Shown here piece by piece: positions 13,315 through 26,000 of a DNA stretch of 64,000 nt; position 1 is the stretch's first letter; each line of letters begins with the position of its first letter. The DNA is from Octopus sinensis. Taxonomy: Eukaryota. Location of the stretch: the NCBI RefSeq assembly GCF_006345805.1, contig NC_042998.1, positions 54,932,001-54,996,000 on the forward strand. The letters run 5' to 3'. The translations under genes and the position numbers were made by a program. The notes beneath the pieces are model-generated. The model was not told the DNA's origin. It saw only the letters and a list, made by a program, of their open reading frames with translations, and made no database searches.

Positions 13315-13664
13315 ACACATGTATATACAGTTATAGGAACAATGAGATACACAGACACCATATTAGCGGGAAGAATAAAGAGCAGCGAGTTCCGTGAGTT
13401 CTGGCAGCCTAATAAGCCGCAGACAAAAACAATTAAATTGTAATACAATCTAATACTCTATCGTATCATATTAGTCTTTTTGGTTAATTGCCTGACAACC
13501 AATTACTCTTTACACGTGCATACATAACATATACGTACACATGCGCGTATATTTTTCATTCATCGACGCATGTACGTGTATAGACAAAGCATAATACGCT
13601 CACACATGTGTTCGCGTATGTATATGTGTGAGTTTGTGTGTCTGTGCATGTTAATGCTTGCTTT

Positions 13665-14085
13665 GGATATTTTCGGTTTGAACGGCAGTTTTTAACATAA
13701 TTTCTAGGTAACTAAAAAATTTTAAACTTCGTATACTGATAGAATGTGTTTATAAAACATCTGTTTCTCTCGGCTTTATTGAGAAAATTCTATAGTTTGT
13801 AAGATATTTGTTGTTTTTTTCTTCAATTTCTGCAATTTCAGCCAATCACTGACGTCTATTGAGGTAAAAAACATTCTCTGCCGTATGAATATGTCCCTCG
13901 TTTAAGAAACAGATTGGGTTTATTTACATTTGTGAAGAAAATAGATACCCTTCCCCCCATCCCTAACCCTAACCCTAACCCTAAAACAGATTGAAATGCA
14001 ATAGATCGATACTAAGGTCATAATTATAGGTGACAATTTCATATGACGCCGCTAGAAAAAACTGCCGTTCAAACCGAAAAGATCC
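13665..14085. mobile_element. Non-autonomous TIR DNA transposon (421 bp) with 8-bp TSD and internal (CCCTAA)4
   Basis: TIR GGATATTTTCGGTTTGAACGGCAGTTTTT / rc GGATCTTTTCGGTTTGAACGGCAGTTTTT. TSD CTTGCTTT at 13657-13664 and 14086-14093. Confidence 0.88.
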
Positions 14086-14220
14086 CTTGCTTTATATTGT
14101 TATAATGAAAAACAATAGATTACATTAAACTGCAGGATTGCTCAATACTTTTTGTAGAGTACATATTGTTAATTCGTAGTCACTATCAATACTATTCTTG
14201 TTAAAGAATATGAGTGTGTG

Positions 14221-14273
<53 letters not shown>

Positions 14274-14275
14274 TG

Positions 14276-14307
<32 letters not shown>

Positions 14308-14308
14308 T

Positions 14309-15029
14309 AATTATGCGAATAAACCAATTTATCATATTAACTATAACAGCTTGGGTAGGAAATACAGAATATGTGTATATGTATACATGCAAAACGAGAG
14401 AAAGCATAGAGTGGAGACTTTCAGACGATGAATATTTGAGAATGAATATATAGATATTTATATTAATAGATCCAATTTACACAGAGTACAAGCGACAGAG
14501 AGAAGGGTGGTGGGAAAGTAAGGTGTTACAAGTCCAACAGCTGTTTCTTGGGAACTCGGACATCTATCTTAATGTTCGTAGTTGTAGTTCATAAAATGCA
14601 AGCCTTAATAGAAGCAATCAAAATTAGATAAATCCAACCGCCGTTATCCGGGTAGAAATGAACTTCATTTTCATATCACAGTGCAGAGAAGTTCAAAGGT
14701 GAAGTGATTTAAATGTGGAGAGCAAGCAGTATTAGAGGGAGGAAGTAGAAGGGTCGGTGGGGTTATGGAGTGTTAGGACAGGGAAAGGTGAGAGGAGATA
14801 AGGGAGGTAGTTCAAGAACAGAGAAGGGGTTTGATAATGAAGGTATTAAGTGGGATGGTAAGTGGGATCTATTAATATAAATATCTATATATTTATACAC
14901 AAATACTCATCGTCTGAAAGTCTCCTCTCTTTGCTTTTTCTCGTTTTTCATTTATACATATATACATATGTTGTATTTCATACCCAAACTGTTATATTTA
15001 ATATACTTAATTTGTTTATCTGCATAATT
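14309..15029. repeat. Diverged inverted repeat pair of about 129 bp (14309-14437 / 14901-15029)
   Basis: The rc of the right arm matches the left arm, e.g. GGAGACTTTCAGACGATGA. The spacer has a half hammerhead (rc GAAACAGCTGTT at about 14537-14548). Confidence 0.6.
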
Positions 15030-15627
15030 GCCTCCATATTTGCTCAACTTGATCCTTCTTATAGCCAGTCTTTACTCCGCAGAATTGATCCCCTGTAAAG
15101 ACATTGAATCCCCGGTAAAGACATTGAATCATTTGAGCGCTATTAAGTGTCTTCTATACTGAGAATCTTTGGATTTTGTCTGTTGACTATATATATATAG
15201 GGAGAGTTTACGAAAAAAACAAAAGACGAAGACAGGTGGTGTACAAAACAAACAGATGTATTAGTATAACGCTCAGGAATAGAAAAAGTCTTTTACGTTT
15301 CGAGCCTACGCTCTTCTACAGAAAAGGACACAGAAAAAACAAGGAGAGAAAAATACAGGAAATTTTTAGAAAGTATTAAAATAAAGTAATGACAATAATA
15401 GCAGCAGTTTTATGTAAAGTTCAAAGGTTTTTAGAAGTCGTAGTGTATTGCAAGGATTTCTCATCAAGAGTAGAATCCACTGTGATCCGTGTGTAGGAGA
15501 GGTGCAGCCGGAGGGTAAGTATCCAAATGAATCTGTAAATGGTTGATGAAGAGTGAGGGAGAGAGATACCTATGTGCACACCTGCATCCAAATATACATC
15601 TGTATATGTGCACATTTGAGTGGATGG

Positions 15628-16006
15628 AAGCTGTCCGTCGGTTACGACGACGAGGGTTCCGGTTGATCCGATCAACGGAACAGCCTGCTCGTGAAATTAA
15701 CGTGTAAGTGGCTGAGCACTCCACAGACACGTGCACCCTTAACGTAGTTCTCGGGGATATTCAGCGTGACACAGAGAGTGACAAGGCCGGCCCTTTGAAA
15801 TACAGATACAACAGAAACAGGAAGTAAGAGTGAGAGAAAGTTGTGGTGAAAGAGTACAGCAGGGATCACCACCATCCCTGCCGGAGCCTCATGGAGCTTT
15901 AGGTGTTTTCGCTCAATAAACACTCACAACGCCCGGTCTGGGAATCGAAACCGCGATCCTACGACCGCGAGTTCGCTGCCCTAACCACTGGGCCATTGCG
16001 CCTCCA
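15628..16006 (-). mobile_element. tRNA-derived SINE family C, full-length
   Basis: Head GGAGGCGCAATGGCCCAGTGGTTAGGGCAGCG..GGTTTCGATTCCC (A and B boxes); distinct 3' tail ..GGAACCCTCGTCGTCGTAACCGACGG. Confidence 0.85.
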
Positions 16007-17584
16007 CGCACATTTGAGTAGTGGTAAGATGAATACATACATCCATATCTATATATCTGTGTATGTGTTGTGGGGTGTAGATATGTGTACTTCGAGATCA
16101 AATTTCAAAATATAATTATTTCACGTTCTCTCGGAAGTTTATCAATTCTTATGACGTCAGCAACATACAATTCTCGCTGGTAAGAATATAGATTTTCAAA
16201 TGAATAAAAAAAGTTCGAAGGATTGCTTTGGTCCAATGATAGAACGCCTGTCATGGCAACAGCAGTGGGTTCGATTCCTACCGTCAGCCATCAATTTTTT
16301 TTCTTTCCAAAAGGATTTTTCAGCCCAAAATTTACATGGAATTATTTATAGCTTTGTGCTACGAGATCCAACTCCAAAAAAAGAATTATCATGTTCTCTC
16401 GAAAGTTGATTAATTCTTATAACTTAAACTGATAGATAGAGATATATATGTCTATAAAATTATGTACAGACACACACATGTGTGTGTTTGTGTATGTATT
16501 TGTAAGTATGTGTCTGAGTGTACGCACACACACTTGTATGTATACAAAGTACAGAAAAAAAACAAGAAGACAAAAGCACGAAGAAAATTTTATATGCTCA
16601 GAAAACAATTAGTGAATTCATTTCATCATTAGCCAAGTTTCCATTCACACACGCGAGGTATATAACTACGATCCTTCAGGCAATATCGCGAAATTATGAT
16701 ATATATATATATATTATACGCATATTTATGTATATAATATATATAATATGTACATACGTTTACTCACACCCACACCGAAAGATTTCCTTCACCCCTCTCC
16801 CTACTTATTCTTGTGATTTTCTCCCATCCTCTTCTCGTCCCTCACTCCCAACAAGCGTCATTTCAGCATAAAATAATGAGCGAAAACAAAATATCGAAAA
16901 AGAAAGGAAATAAGAGGAAAACAATTGCAAAATTAATGCAATTTTTTTGTATCTTTATTCCCACTGTTTTCCATCTATTAACAATAACTTACTTTTTTCT
17001 TCTTTTTTTTTCTTTTACTTCTATTGGGGTGGTTAGCAATTATTTATTCTTCAATGTAAAGCATATAGTAAAAGTTCGAATCCAGTTGCAGTTTAGTATT
17101 CTCTATTGTAGTTATGAAAAGATTGTCTCCCATTATTTGTAGCAATCTTCAATGTGGAAGCATAGAATGATGTTTCTAATCTAGTTTAAAGTCAGGTATT
17201 CTACATTGCATTTTTGATCTACCACCACACACCATGTTTCGTAGACGTACATTTCGAAATATTTATATATCATCAGCAGAAGTTGTTAATATCTATATTT
17301 ATATTAGGGAATTTAAAAACATAATCGTTAGTACACCGGACTTCACGCTTAGCAGCAAGCTTTTCGACCGTCTTTACGTTCTAAATAAAATTCTATTGAC
17401 GTCGACTTTACCTTTCATCTCTTTCGGGGTCGATAAAAAAAAATACTTATCAAGTACGGAGGTCGATGCGATCAACCAGCCCCTTCCTCCAAAATTTCAA
17501 ACCTTGTGCCTGCAGGAGAAAAGTTTATTAGGGAATTTAAGTCAAATTTTTATTTTTCAAAGTTATCTATAAACCTTTGGTGTA

Positions 17585-17862
17585 CAGCAGGAGTTCCTCA
17601 AACTCCAAACCTTGCATCATTAATGCCGGGCTGCACAGAAAGAATGAAGTTTTGAATTTTAAATTTTGCTTCTAGTGTATTGACAATCGCAGTATGCAGT
17701 GAGTTTTCCCATTATATATATAGTATGTCTTATATACGTAATAATTAAATGATACAGTATACACTTTATTGTGCTTTGTTATGCACTTGCTACTCTGATC
17801 CGTAGAAAATTGTATTACATGAAACCGGTCCATGATGCAAAAAATGGTTGGAGATCATTGGT
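17585..17862. mobile_element. Degenerate hAT-Charlie-like MITE
   Basis: CCGGGCTGCACAG near the 5' end and GAAACCGGTCCATGATGCAAAAAATGGTTGGAGATC at the 3' end resemble MER1-type ends (from memory). Confidence 0.4.
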
Positions 17863-19239
17863 ATTGAGGAAAACTGAAATGAAATAAGGGTACGAACAAT
17901 GGATATCTTCACCCATCAAGCTAGACACATTTAGTAACATCTAAACGTTTTTCACTGGGATTTTCACAGAATAAATTCATTCAGATTGATGTGGTTTTAC
18001 TTGCAAGCGATGAAATGAACATACATATATTGTGCAGTGGATTAACTCTTCTTCATTGGGACCAGGTAACGTGGTAGGTTAATTCCAGCGTAAAGGTGAT
18101 CAAGGTTTCGTCCTTTCTGGCAAACCCTCACCAATTTCAATGAATTTCTTTGGTGAAAATCATTTAAATTGAGCAAATATTTTAAAAAAATTTTATTTTA
18201 AATATTTTTCGTTATTTTTCTCTTTCTTCTCCAGTACGTGTTAAGTTCATAAACAATTAGTCTTCACTTGCAGGTTATTTTTTATGAAGATAATAATAAT
18301 AATAATAAAATTACAATAAAATATTATAATTAAAGTATTTAGTTTCTTCTTCATGGATAATATTCTAATTAAAGTATTTAGTTTCTTCTTCATGGCCACA
18401 CACATACACATACGTAACAATGCAGGGCCATCTTAGTTGCATTATAAAACCCCGGGAAATCTGTGCTCTGAACTCTATAGTATTTATTTATTAACAGCAA
18501 GTCACAGCATAGGTAGATCAGAAATGAGCCTCTAGACTAGACCTTTGAAGCCTCTGAGCAAATCAGTTCACTAGGCCCTATAATATTTATTTATTGACAG
18601 CAAGCCACAGCATACATAGATTAGAACTGGGTCCCTGGGCAATTGCTCAGTGTGTCCATACCTAAGGATGATACTGCGTCAATGGGACCGAATTTCACAG
18701 CCCTATCTATAAAAATAGGATGGCCACAGTTGGAATACCTTTTATCGTATGTCCCTTGAATTAAGACTAAACAGCGACAATTTACCCATACATGATCCAG
18801 TGCGTAAGACCTAGGTACAAGGTCTGAAATTTCTGGGTGGGGCTTGTCCATTATATTGACCCCAGTGCTCAATTGGTCCTTATTTCATCGACCACAAAGA
18901 GGATGAAAGGCAGAAGTCGACCTCGGGATTTTGAACTCAGAACGTACGTATATTCGCGAGAAATGCCGCAAAGAATTTTGCCAGGCTTCGTTAGCTCGTC
19001 AGCAGATGACAGTTGATGATGGCTGCGGTGGTCATGATGGTGGAGGCGACAGCTCCAATAGATCGAACCACTACGTAGAAGTTCAATCGTTGGCTTACGA
19101 ATAAAAGTACAGATTACCTACCTAGTGAGCTGATCGATACCCGTTCTTTTGTTTTTGCATGAAATGGTTGTAGGGATACTACAAAACTAGCGGATACTGT
19201 CAAGGTAGTGAATGGTTGTTGCCTTTGTTTACGATATTT

Positions 19240-19350
19240 CTGACGACGACGACGATGACGATGATGACGACGATAATGATGATGATGGTGATGGTGGTGG
19301 TGGGGATGATGATAATGATGATCGGGAGGTGGTGGTGGTGGTGCTGCTGT

Positions 19351-19387
<37 letters not shown>

Positions 19388-19645
19388 GTTTTTGGAAGTG
19401 CAGTGGCAGTGGAGAAGCTATTTCAAATGATATAGACATTGATGATCGTGATGATCATTGGTGATGATGATGATGATGATGGTAGTGACGACGACGTCGA
19501 CGATGGTAATGGTGACAATGCTGGTGGCAGTGGTTGTAGTGGTGATGGTGACAGTAACAATGATGTTGGTGTTCGTAGTCGTAGTAGTAGTAGTAGTAGT
19601 AGTAATGGTGGTGGTGGTGGTGGTGGTGGTGGTGGTAGTGGTGGA
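19240..19645. repeat. Compound trinucleotide microsatellite mosaic (GAC/GAT/GGT/TAC/TAG)
   Basis: Directly visible; similar mosaic at 61215-61665. Confidence 0.95.
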
Positions 19646-20000
19646 ATGCAATATTACTTGACGACTTGTGTTCATTTTTGCTTCGTTCCCATTAGGGAAG
19701 CGAAAATACAAACAAAAAGTAAAAACAACAACAACAAAAAACAACAACAAAAAAACTCCCCACACTGTCGACTTTCGATGTTTCTGGCAGTCACCGAATG
19801 CAGGCCCTTTGGCGTACCCGTCTAATGATTCAGCTAACGAGGGCTTGGCGCCAAACCTGTGAGAACGCAGACAGACATCGTCCTATCATCTACTATAAAG
19901 AACATTACATGTATATATACATACATATATATATATATATATATGCCATATATATATAAATATATATATACAAATACATATCTATCTATCTATCTATCTA

Positions 20001-20034
<34 letters not shown>

Positions 20035-20051
20035 CACACACAAATATACAA

Positions 20052-20084
<33 letters not shown>

Positions 20085-20599
20085 CTCAAATATACAAATA
20101 TATATATATATATATATACATAAATATACAAATATATATATGTACATGTATGTATGGATGGATGTATATGTGTGTATGTATGCATGTATATAGTTGGTTA
20201 GTGTGTTCGCCATGATTGTGCGCATATGAGCGACCGTGTGTGGGCGCATCTTTGTGCGTTTGGTTGTGTGATTGTGTGGGTGCTTTTGTTTATACGAATG
20301 TTTTTGTAGATATTTTTTATAGTATGTCTCGGACTGAATCAGAATCGCTTGCGTTGGTTTTTCTTTTTTTCTTTTTTTTTTAAATTTTTCTTTATTGTTC
20401 TTTTTTTTTTTGTCTGTTGCTGTGATTGCTGATGTGGATAACGCACAAATGAATAGATTTCGTTTGACGAGCTGGCAGAATCGTTAGCACACACCGGAAA
20501 AATGCTTAGCAGCATTTCTTCCGGTTTTCTGTTCTGCTTTCAAATTCCGCTCAGGTCGACTTTGCTTTTTATCCTTTCGGGAACGATGAAATAAGTACC

Positions 20600-20831
20600 T
20601 ATTTCTTTATTACCCACAAGGGGCTAAACACAGAGGGGACAAACAAGGACAGACATAGGTATTAAGTCGATTACATCGACCCCAGTGCGTGACTGGTACT
20701 TAATTTATCGACCCCGAAAGGATGAAAGGCAAAGTTCACCTCGGCGGAATTTGAACTCACAACCTAACGACAGACGAAATACGGCTAGGCATTTCGCCCG
20801 GCGTGCTAACGATTCTGCCAGCACGCCGCCT
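20600..20831 (-). mobile_element. SINE family B with Tx1-like tail, nested in another family B copy (20468-20599 + 20832-20915)
   Basis: 13-bp TSD TGAAATAAGTACC (20587-20599, 20832-20844); 3' end AATAAAGAAATA. Confidence 0.9.
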
Positions 20832-20929
20832 TGAAATAAGTACCGGTTGAGCACTGGTGTCTCTGTAACCGACTTACCCACTCCCGGTAAAATTGCTGGC
20901 CTTTATGCTTATAGTAGAAATGATTACTC

Positions 20930-21123
20930 TGTTTACTCTTTTACATGTTTCAGTCATTTAACTGCGGCCATGCTGGAGCACTGCCTTTAGTCGGTCGACC
21001 AAATCGACCCCAGGACTTATTTTTTTGTAAGCCTAGTACTTATTCTATCGGTAAACACACCAGCATCGGTTGTCAAGCGATGTTGGGAGGACAAACACAA
21101 ACACACACACACACACACACACA

Positions 21124-21157
<34 letters not shown>

Positions 21158-21209
21158 CGACGAGTTTCTTTCAGTTTCCGTCTACCAAATCCACTCACAA
21201 GGTCGTCTA

Positions 21210-21245
<36 letters not shown>

Positions 21246-21400
21246 GACGGGTTTCTTTCAGTTTCCGTCTACCAAATCCACTCACTCTGGTCGGCCCGAG
21301 GTTATAGTAGAAGACATTTGCCCAAGGTGCCACGCAGTAGAATTGAACACGGAACCATGTGGTTGGTAAGCAAGCTACTTGATACAGAGCCACTCCTACT
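20930..21400 (-). mobile_element. SINE family A copy with internal duplication
   Basis: The segment TACGACG..TTTCAGTTTCCGTCTACCAAATCCACTCAC occurs twice (about 21155 and 21242). Confidence 0.85.
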
Positions 21401-21774
21401 ATTCTTTTTTACTCTAGGCAAAGGTCCGAAATTTTGGGGGAGGGAGCCAGTCGATTAGATCGACCACAGTGCATAACTGGTACTTAATTTATCGATCCCG
21501 AAAGGATGAAAGGCAAAGTCGACCTCGGCGGAATTTGAACTCAGAACGTAACAGCAGACGAAATACTGCTAAGCATTTCGCCCGGCGTGCTAACGATTCT
21601 GCCAGCTCGCCGCCCTTTATCATTATTACTATTATCACAGCAGTGAGCAGGTAGAATCGTTAGCACGCCGAAAAAAATGCTTAGTGATATTTCTTCCGGC
21701 TTTATATTCTAAGTTCAAATTCCGCCGAGGTCAACCTAGTCCTTCATCCTTTCGATGTCGATAGAATGAGTACC

Positions 21775-22075
21775 GTGGAGGCGCAATGGCCCAGAGGTTA
21801 GGGCAGTTCGCGGTTTCGATTCCCAGACCGGGTGTTGTGTGTGTTTATTGAGCGAAAACACTTAAAAGCTCCACGAGGCTCCTGTAGGGGGGAGGGGGCG
21901 ACCCCTGTTGTACTCTTTCGCTCCAACTTTCTCTCACTCTTTCTTCCTGTTTTTTGAGTGACGCTGCGATGGACTGGCGTCCTGTCCAGCTGGGGGGAAC
22001 ACATACGCCACAGAAACCGGGAAAAGGGGCCCATGAGCCTGGCTAGGCTTGAAAAGGGCGCATAAATAAATAATA
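21775..22075 (+). mobile_element. SINE with family C head and V-domain-like body; second copy at 22625-22925
   Basis: Same head as family C followed by GATGGACTGGCGTCCTGTCCAG, which resembles the V-SINE central domain (from memory). Confidence 0.7.
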
Positions 22076-23376
22076 GAAATAAGTACCAATTGAGCATTGG
22101 GGAGTATTGAACTGATTTCTTCTTCCCCTAAAATTGCTAATCTTGTGTCTGTAGTAGAAAGGACTATTATTACTATTATCAAAGGTGGCAACCTGGCAGA
22201 ATCGTTAGCATGCTGGATGAAATGCTTATCGGCATTTCGTCTGTCTTTACGTTCTGAGTTAAGATGCTGCCTATCATCCTTTTGGGGTCGATAAAATAAG
22301 TACCAGTTGAGCACTGGGGTCGATAATCGAAAAGCCCCCTTCCCTAAAATTTCTGGCCCTGTGCCTACAGTAGAAAGCGTTATATTATTCACGTTTATGT
22401 AGTTATGATCCCTTAAAATTCTGAGTTCAAATCCTGCCGAGGTTCAGATAGAAATCCAAACTCAATAACATGAATACCAATCAATTGCTAGAATATAATT
22501 AACTGTTGTTCCCTTCTGTTTTCACAAAATGTATGATCTTGTCCCTATGTAAGAAAGCATTATTATTAGACCGGTGTAGGGGAGCAAGGTGGCAGAATCA
22601 TTAACGCGTCGTACAAAACGCTTAGTGGAGGCACATGGCTTAGTGATTAGAGTAGCGGACTCGCGGTCAAGGGATCGTGGGTTCGAATCTCAGATTGGGC
22701 AATGTGTGTGTTTATGAGCGAAACACCTAAGCCCCACGTGGTTCCGGCAGTAGGTAATGGCGAACCTCTGCTGACTCTTTCGCCACAACTTTCTCTCACT
22801 CTTTCCTCTTGCATCATGCAGCTCACCTGCGACGGATTGGCGTCACGTCCAGGTAGGGAAACTATACGCCAAGGAAACCGGGAAACCAGCCCTATGAGCC
22901 GGGCGTGGCTCGAGAAGGAACAAACAAAACGCTTAGCGGCATTTCTTTCGGCTCTCTACGTTCTGAGTTCAAACCCCTCCGAGGTCAACTGTTCCCTTCC
23001 GTTCTCACAAAATTTTTGACCTTGTCTCTATGTAAGAAAGCATTATTATCAGACTGTTATAGGAGAGCAAGTTGGCAGAATCGTTAATGCATCAAGTGAC
23101 ATTTCTTCCGGCTCTCTACATTCTGAGTTTAAATCCCGCTGACGTCAACTTTGCTTTTCATTCTTTCAGTAGAGATCAATTAAATACCAGTTGAGCACTG
23201 TGACCGATGTAAACAACTAACCGCCTCCCTTAAAATTACTGACCTTGTGCTAAAATGTGAAACCATTATTAGACCGTCATATAGTTGTTATTGTAATTTA
23301 GCCCTGGTTCAAACTTAACCAAGTAGACTTATAATCACAAACATTCCAGCTGTGATCATCATAATTGATCCTCTAT

Positions 23377-23712
23377 CAGGGGTTCTCAACCATTTTTTAC
23401 CTAAGAAGCCCTTTGATTATTATTTTATTCTGGTGGGCCCCCATAGCCCTTCGATTTTTAAAATCTAATTTTATAGAAACTTCTTTCAAAATTCCTAATT
23501 TAGTTTCCACATATTAACTTGTGTATGTTGAACTATGTAAAACGTTAAAGAAAGAAACCTAGCTGTTTCTTGCAATACATACATCCAAAGCAAAATTTTT
23601 CAAGGGCCCTTAAAATATTACTGTGGATCCCCAATTTACCATTTTGTTACATGGACCCCCAAAATCTTATATGGACCCTCAAGGGCCATATGGATCCGGT
23701 TGAGAACCATTT
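23377..23712. mobile_element. Old hAT-type MITE
   Basis: CAGGGGTTCTCAACC ... GGTTGAGAACCA termini; TSD degraded. Confidence 0.6.
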
Positions 23713-23919
23713 CTCTACGTTGTAATTTCAAGTACTAAAAATAACAGCCAAACTTTCCTCAAGCCACACCCTATAATCTTGAAAAAATGAAAAGTACTAT
23801 AGTGTTTTGGGTCATACTAGACCTGAAAACAAAGCGAATGATACAATGCCTTTGATCCATGAATGTCATTAATCATGTCTAGCCTAGCTTAGCACAGATT
23901 AAACAAGATCATGATACTA

Positions 23920-24146
23920 CCGAGCTGGCAGAAACGTTAGCGCGCCGGGCGAAATGCTTAGTGGTATTTCGTCTGTCGTTACGTTCTGAGTTCAAATTCC
24001 GCCGAGGTCGACTTTGCCTTTCATCCTTTCGGAGTCGATAAATAAAGTACCATTTTCGCACTGGGGTCGATGTAATCGACTTAATCCCTTTGTCTGTCCT
24101 TGTCTGTCCCCTCTATGTTTAGCTCCTTGTGGACAGTAAAGAAATA
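23920..24146 (+). mobile_element. SINE family B, full-length, Tx1-like tail
   Basis: GAGCTGGCAGAAACGTTAG..GAGTTCAAATTCC..CCTTTCATCCTTTCGGAGTCGAT..GTAAAGAAATA. Confidence 0.9.
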
Positions 24147-25494
24147 TATATTAAACACATACCACTGCTCCTTCAAGGGCCTCTACGTAGATAATAGACA
24201 TACTGGAAACGGCAAGGCAAAATTCATGCTTATCATACTACTGCTATACGAACCACACTGGCTAGATTTCAGACCCGTCTTGCTGATGTGGATTATGTAG
24301 ACATGTATTAGATCTTAAAGATTTTAGGTATATTGTGTCTGAAAAAAAAATAGGGCAGGGTTACAGTTAAAATTTATTTGAACATAGGTTTCCTGGATAA
24401 AAGCTTGCTGGGACAAAGCACCATTAAGTCACCACTACTACTATCATGATCATGATCATCATGTTCATCATCATCATCAACAACAGCAGCAACAACAACA
24501 ACAACAACAACGATCAAGAGATGTCTCGACCCAGTGGGGGTAGTTTCTGCGTGGTTGGTCAACCTGGAAGAAGTATCAGCCAAATAATTCTTAAAATCCC
24601 ACCCTACCGTCTTAAAAGGGGATACATTGTCTAATGTAATCCGAGCTATTCAATGTCTGAAAAAGAGATGCGCGTCGCTGGAACGTCTTTGATCATGTTT
24701 ACCAGATCAGGGTTGACCTGTCTGTCTGTGTGTATGTATATATGTCGGTGTTTTTTTTAATGTTTTTTGTATATGTGCTTAATTTTAGTCTTACTGAAGT
24801 TCATCAGCATGAAGCTACAACCAGCCTACTCCTAGCTCCTTTTTTACACACAAAAACATCAGTTCTTTTATCAAACACTGTAACCGCCTGCCACACACTT
24901 TTATTGTTAAAAAAAACCAAAAAACTTAATCATTTACTGTTCAATGACTCGAATGACCTTCAAACAAACAAATAATAATAATAATAAAGCCAAGAACTAT
25001 TTTACCACGCCTTAAATTCAGTATCCACAAGAATGTTTTTCCTATATCAATTAATAGCTAAATTACAAGGTGCATTCCAGAAGTTTTGAGATTCTTTTTG
25101 GAGACATTTTTTTTTTAAATTCAAAGAAGTACAAAATTCCGGTTTCTTTCACAGTAGGATCCTCTGACTTCAAAGCACTTCGTGAAGGCTTTATGGAAGT
25201 CCTCCGAACTGAAGATACTCAGGACCCTTGTCACGGCCTCCTTCAGCTTCTCAGTGTCTTCTAAACTACTGCTCCTGAGTTTCTTCAGCTTCAGAAACAA
25301 CCAAAAGTTACAGGAAGCAAGGTTTGGACTTGCAGGGAGGGTGAGGGACAGTTTCGATACCCATTTTTGTCAAGTAGTCGGTTACCAGGATTGAATTGTG
25401 GACAGGTGCATTGTCCTGGAGCAGGTACCACCGACCTGAGTGGAAGAGCTCTGTCTTTTGCAAAGAAATCTCTTCTTCAACTCTCTCAAAACAT

Positions 25495-25660
25495 ACATTA
25501 TTTACATTATTTACATTTGACGGATATTTGTCCTCATCTTGTTTGTTGTTAACGCAACGTTTCGGCTGATATACCCTCCAGCATTCATCAGGTATCTTGG
25601 GGAAATTTCGAACCTGGGTTCTCATTCCTAAGGTATTTTCGGTGTTATTATTATTATTAA

Positions 25661-25698
<38 letters not shown>

Positions 25699-25767
25699 TC
25701 ACTGCCTGGAATCGAACTCTCAATCTTAGGGTTAGTAACCCGCGCTCTTAACCACTACGCCATATAA

Positions 25768-25819
<52 letters not shown>

Positions 25820-26000
25820 CCGAAAAATACCTTAGGAATGAGAACCCAGGTTCGAAATTTCCCCAAGACACCTGATGAAGGCTGGAAAGTATATCAGCCG
25901 AAACGTTGTGTTAACAACAAACAAGATGAGGACAAATATCCGTCAAATGTAAATAATGTGAATAATGTACATATTTCCTCATCTCTTAAATATAGAACCC
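25495..26000. mobile_element. Composite SINE-like retroposon: tRNA-like head + (AAT)n + hammerhead-bearing tail, with an inverted duplicate of the tail
   Basis: 10-bp TSD CTCAAAACAT (25485-25494, 26001-26010). Minus-strand A box TGGCGTAGTGG (25752-25762) and B box GAGTTCGATTCC (25708-25719). Arms at about 25495-25660 and 25795-25975 are inverted copies. Confidence 0.85.
25866..25913 (+). ncRNA. Minimal type I hammerhead ribozyme (putatively intact)
   Basis: GACAC-CTGATGA-A-GGCTG(gaaagtatat)CAGCC-GAAAC-GTT-GTGTT. Core, stem II, palindromic stem III (AACGTT) and stem I are present. The inverted copy at 25551-25597 has a stem II mismatch. Confidence 0.75.

Noticed and set aside
13961-13984. Chromosome end or fusion scar
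   Set aside because: Only four repeats, and they lie inside a TIR/TSD-bounded transposon.
25695-25765. Bona fide tRNA gene
   Set aside because: A and B boxes are present, but there is no proper acceptor stem and it is embedded in a TSD-flanked insert. It is a SINE head.
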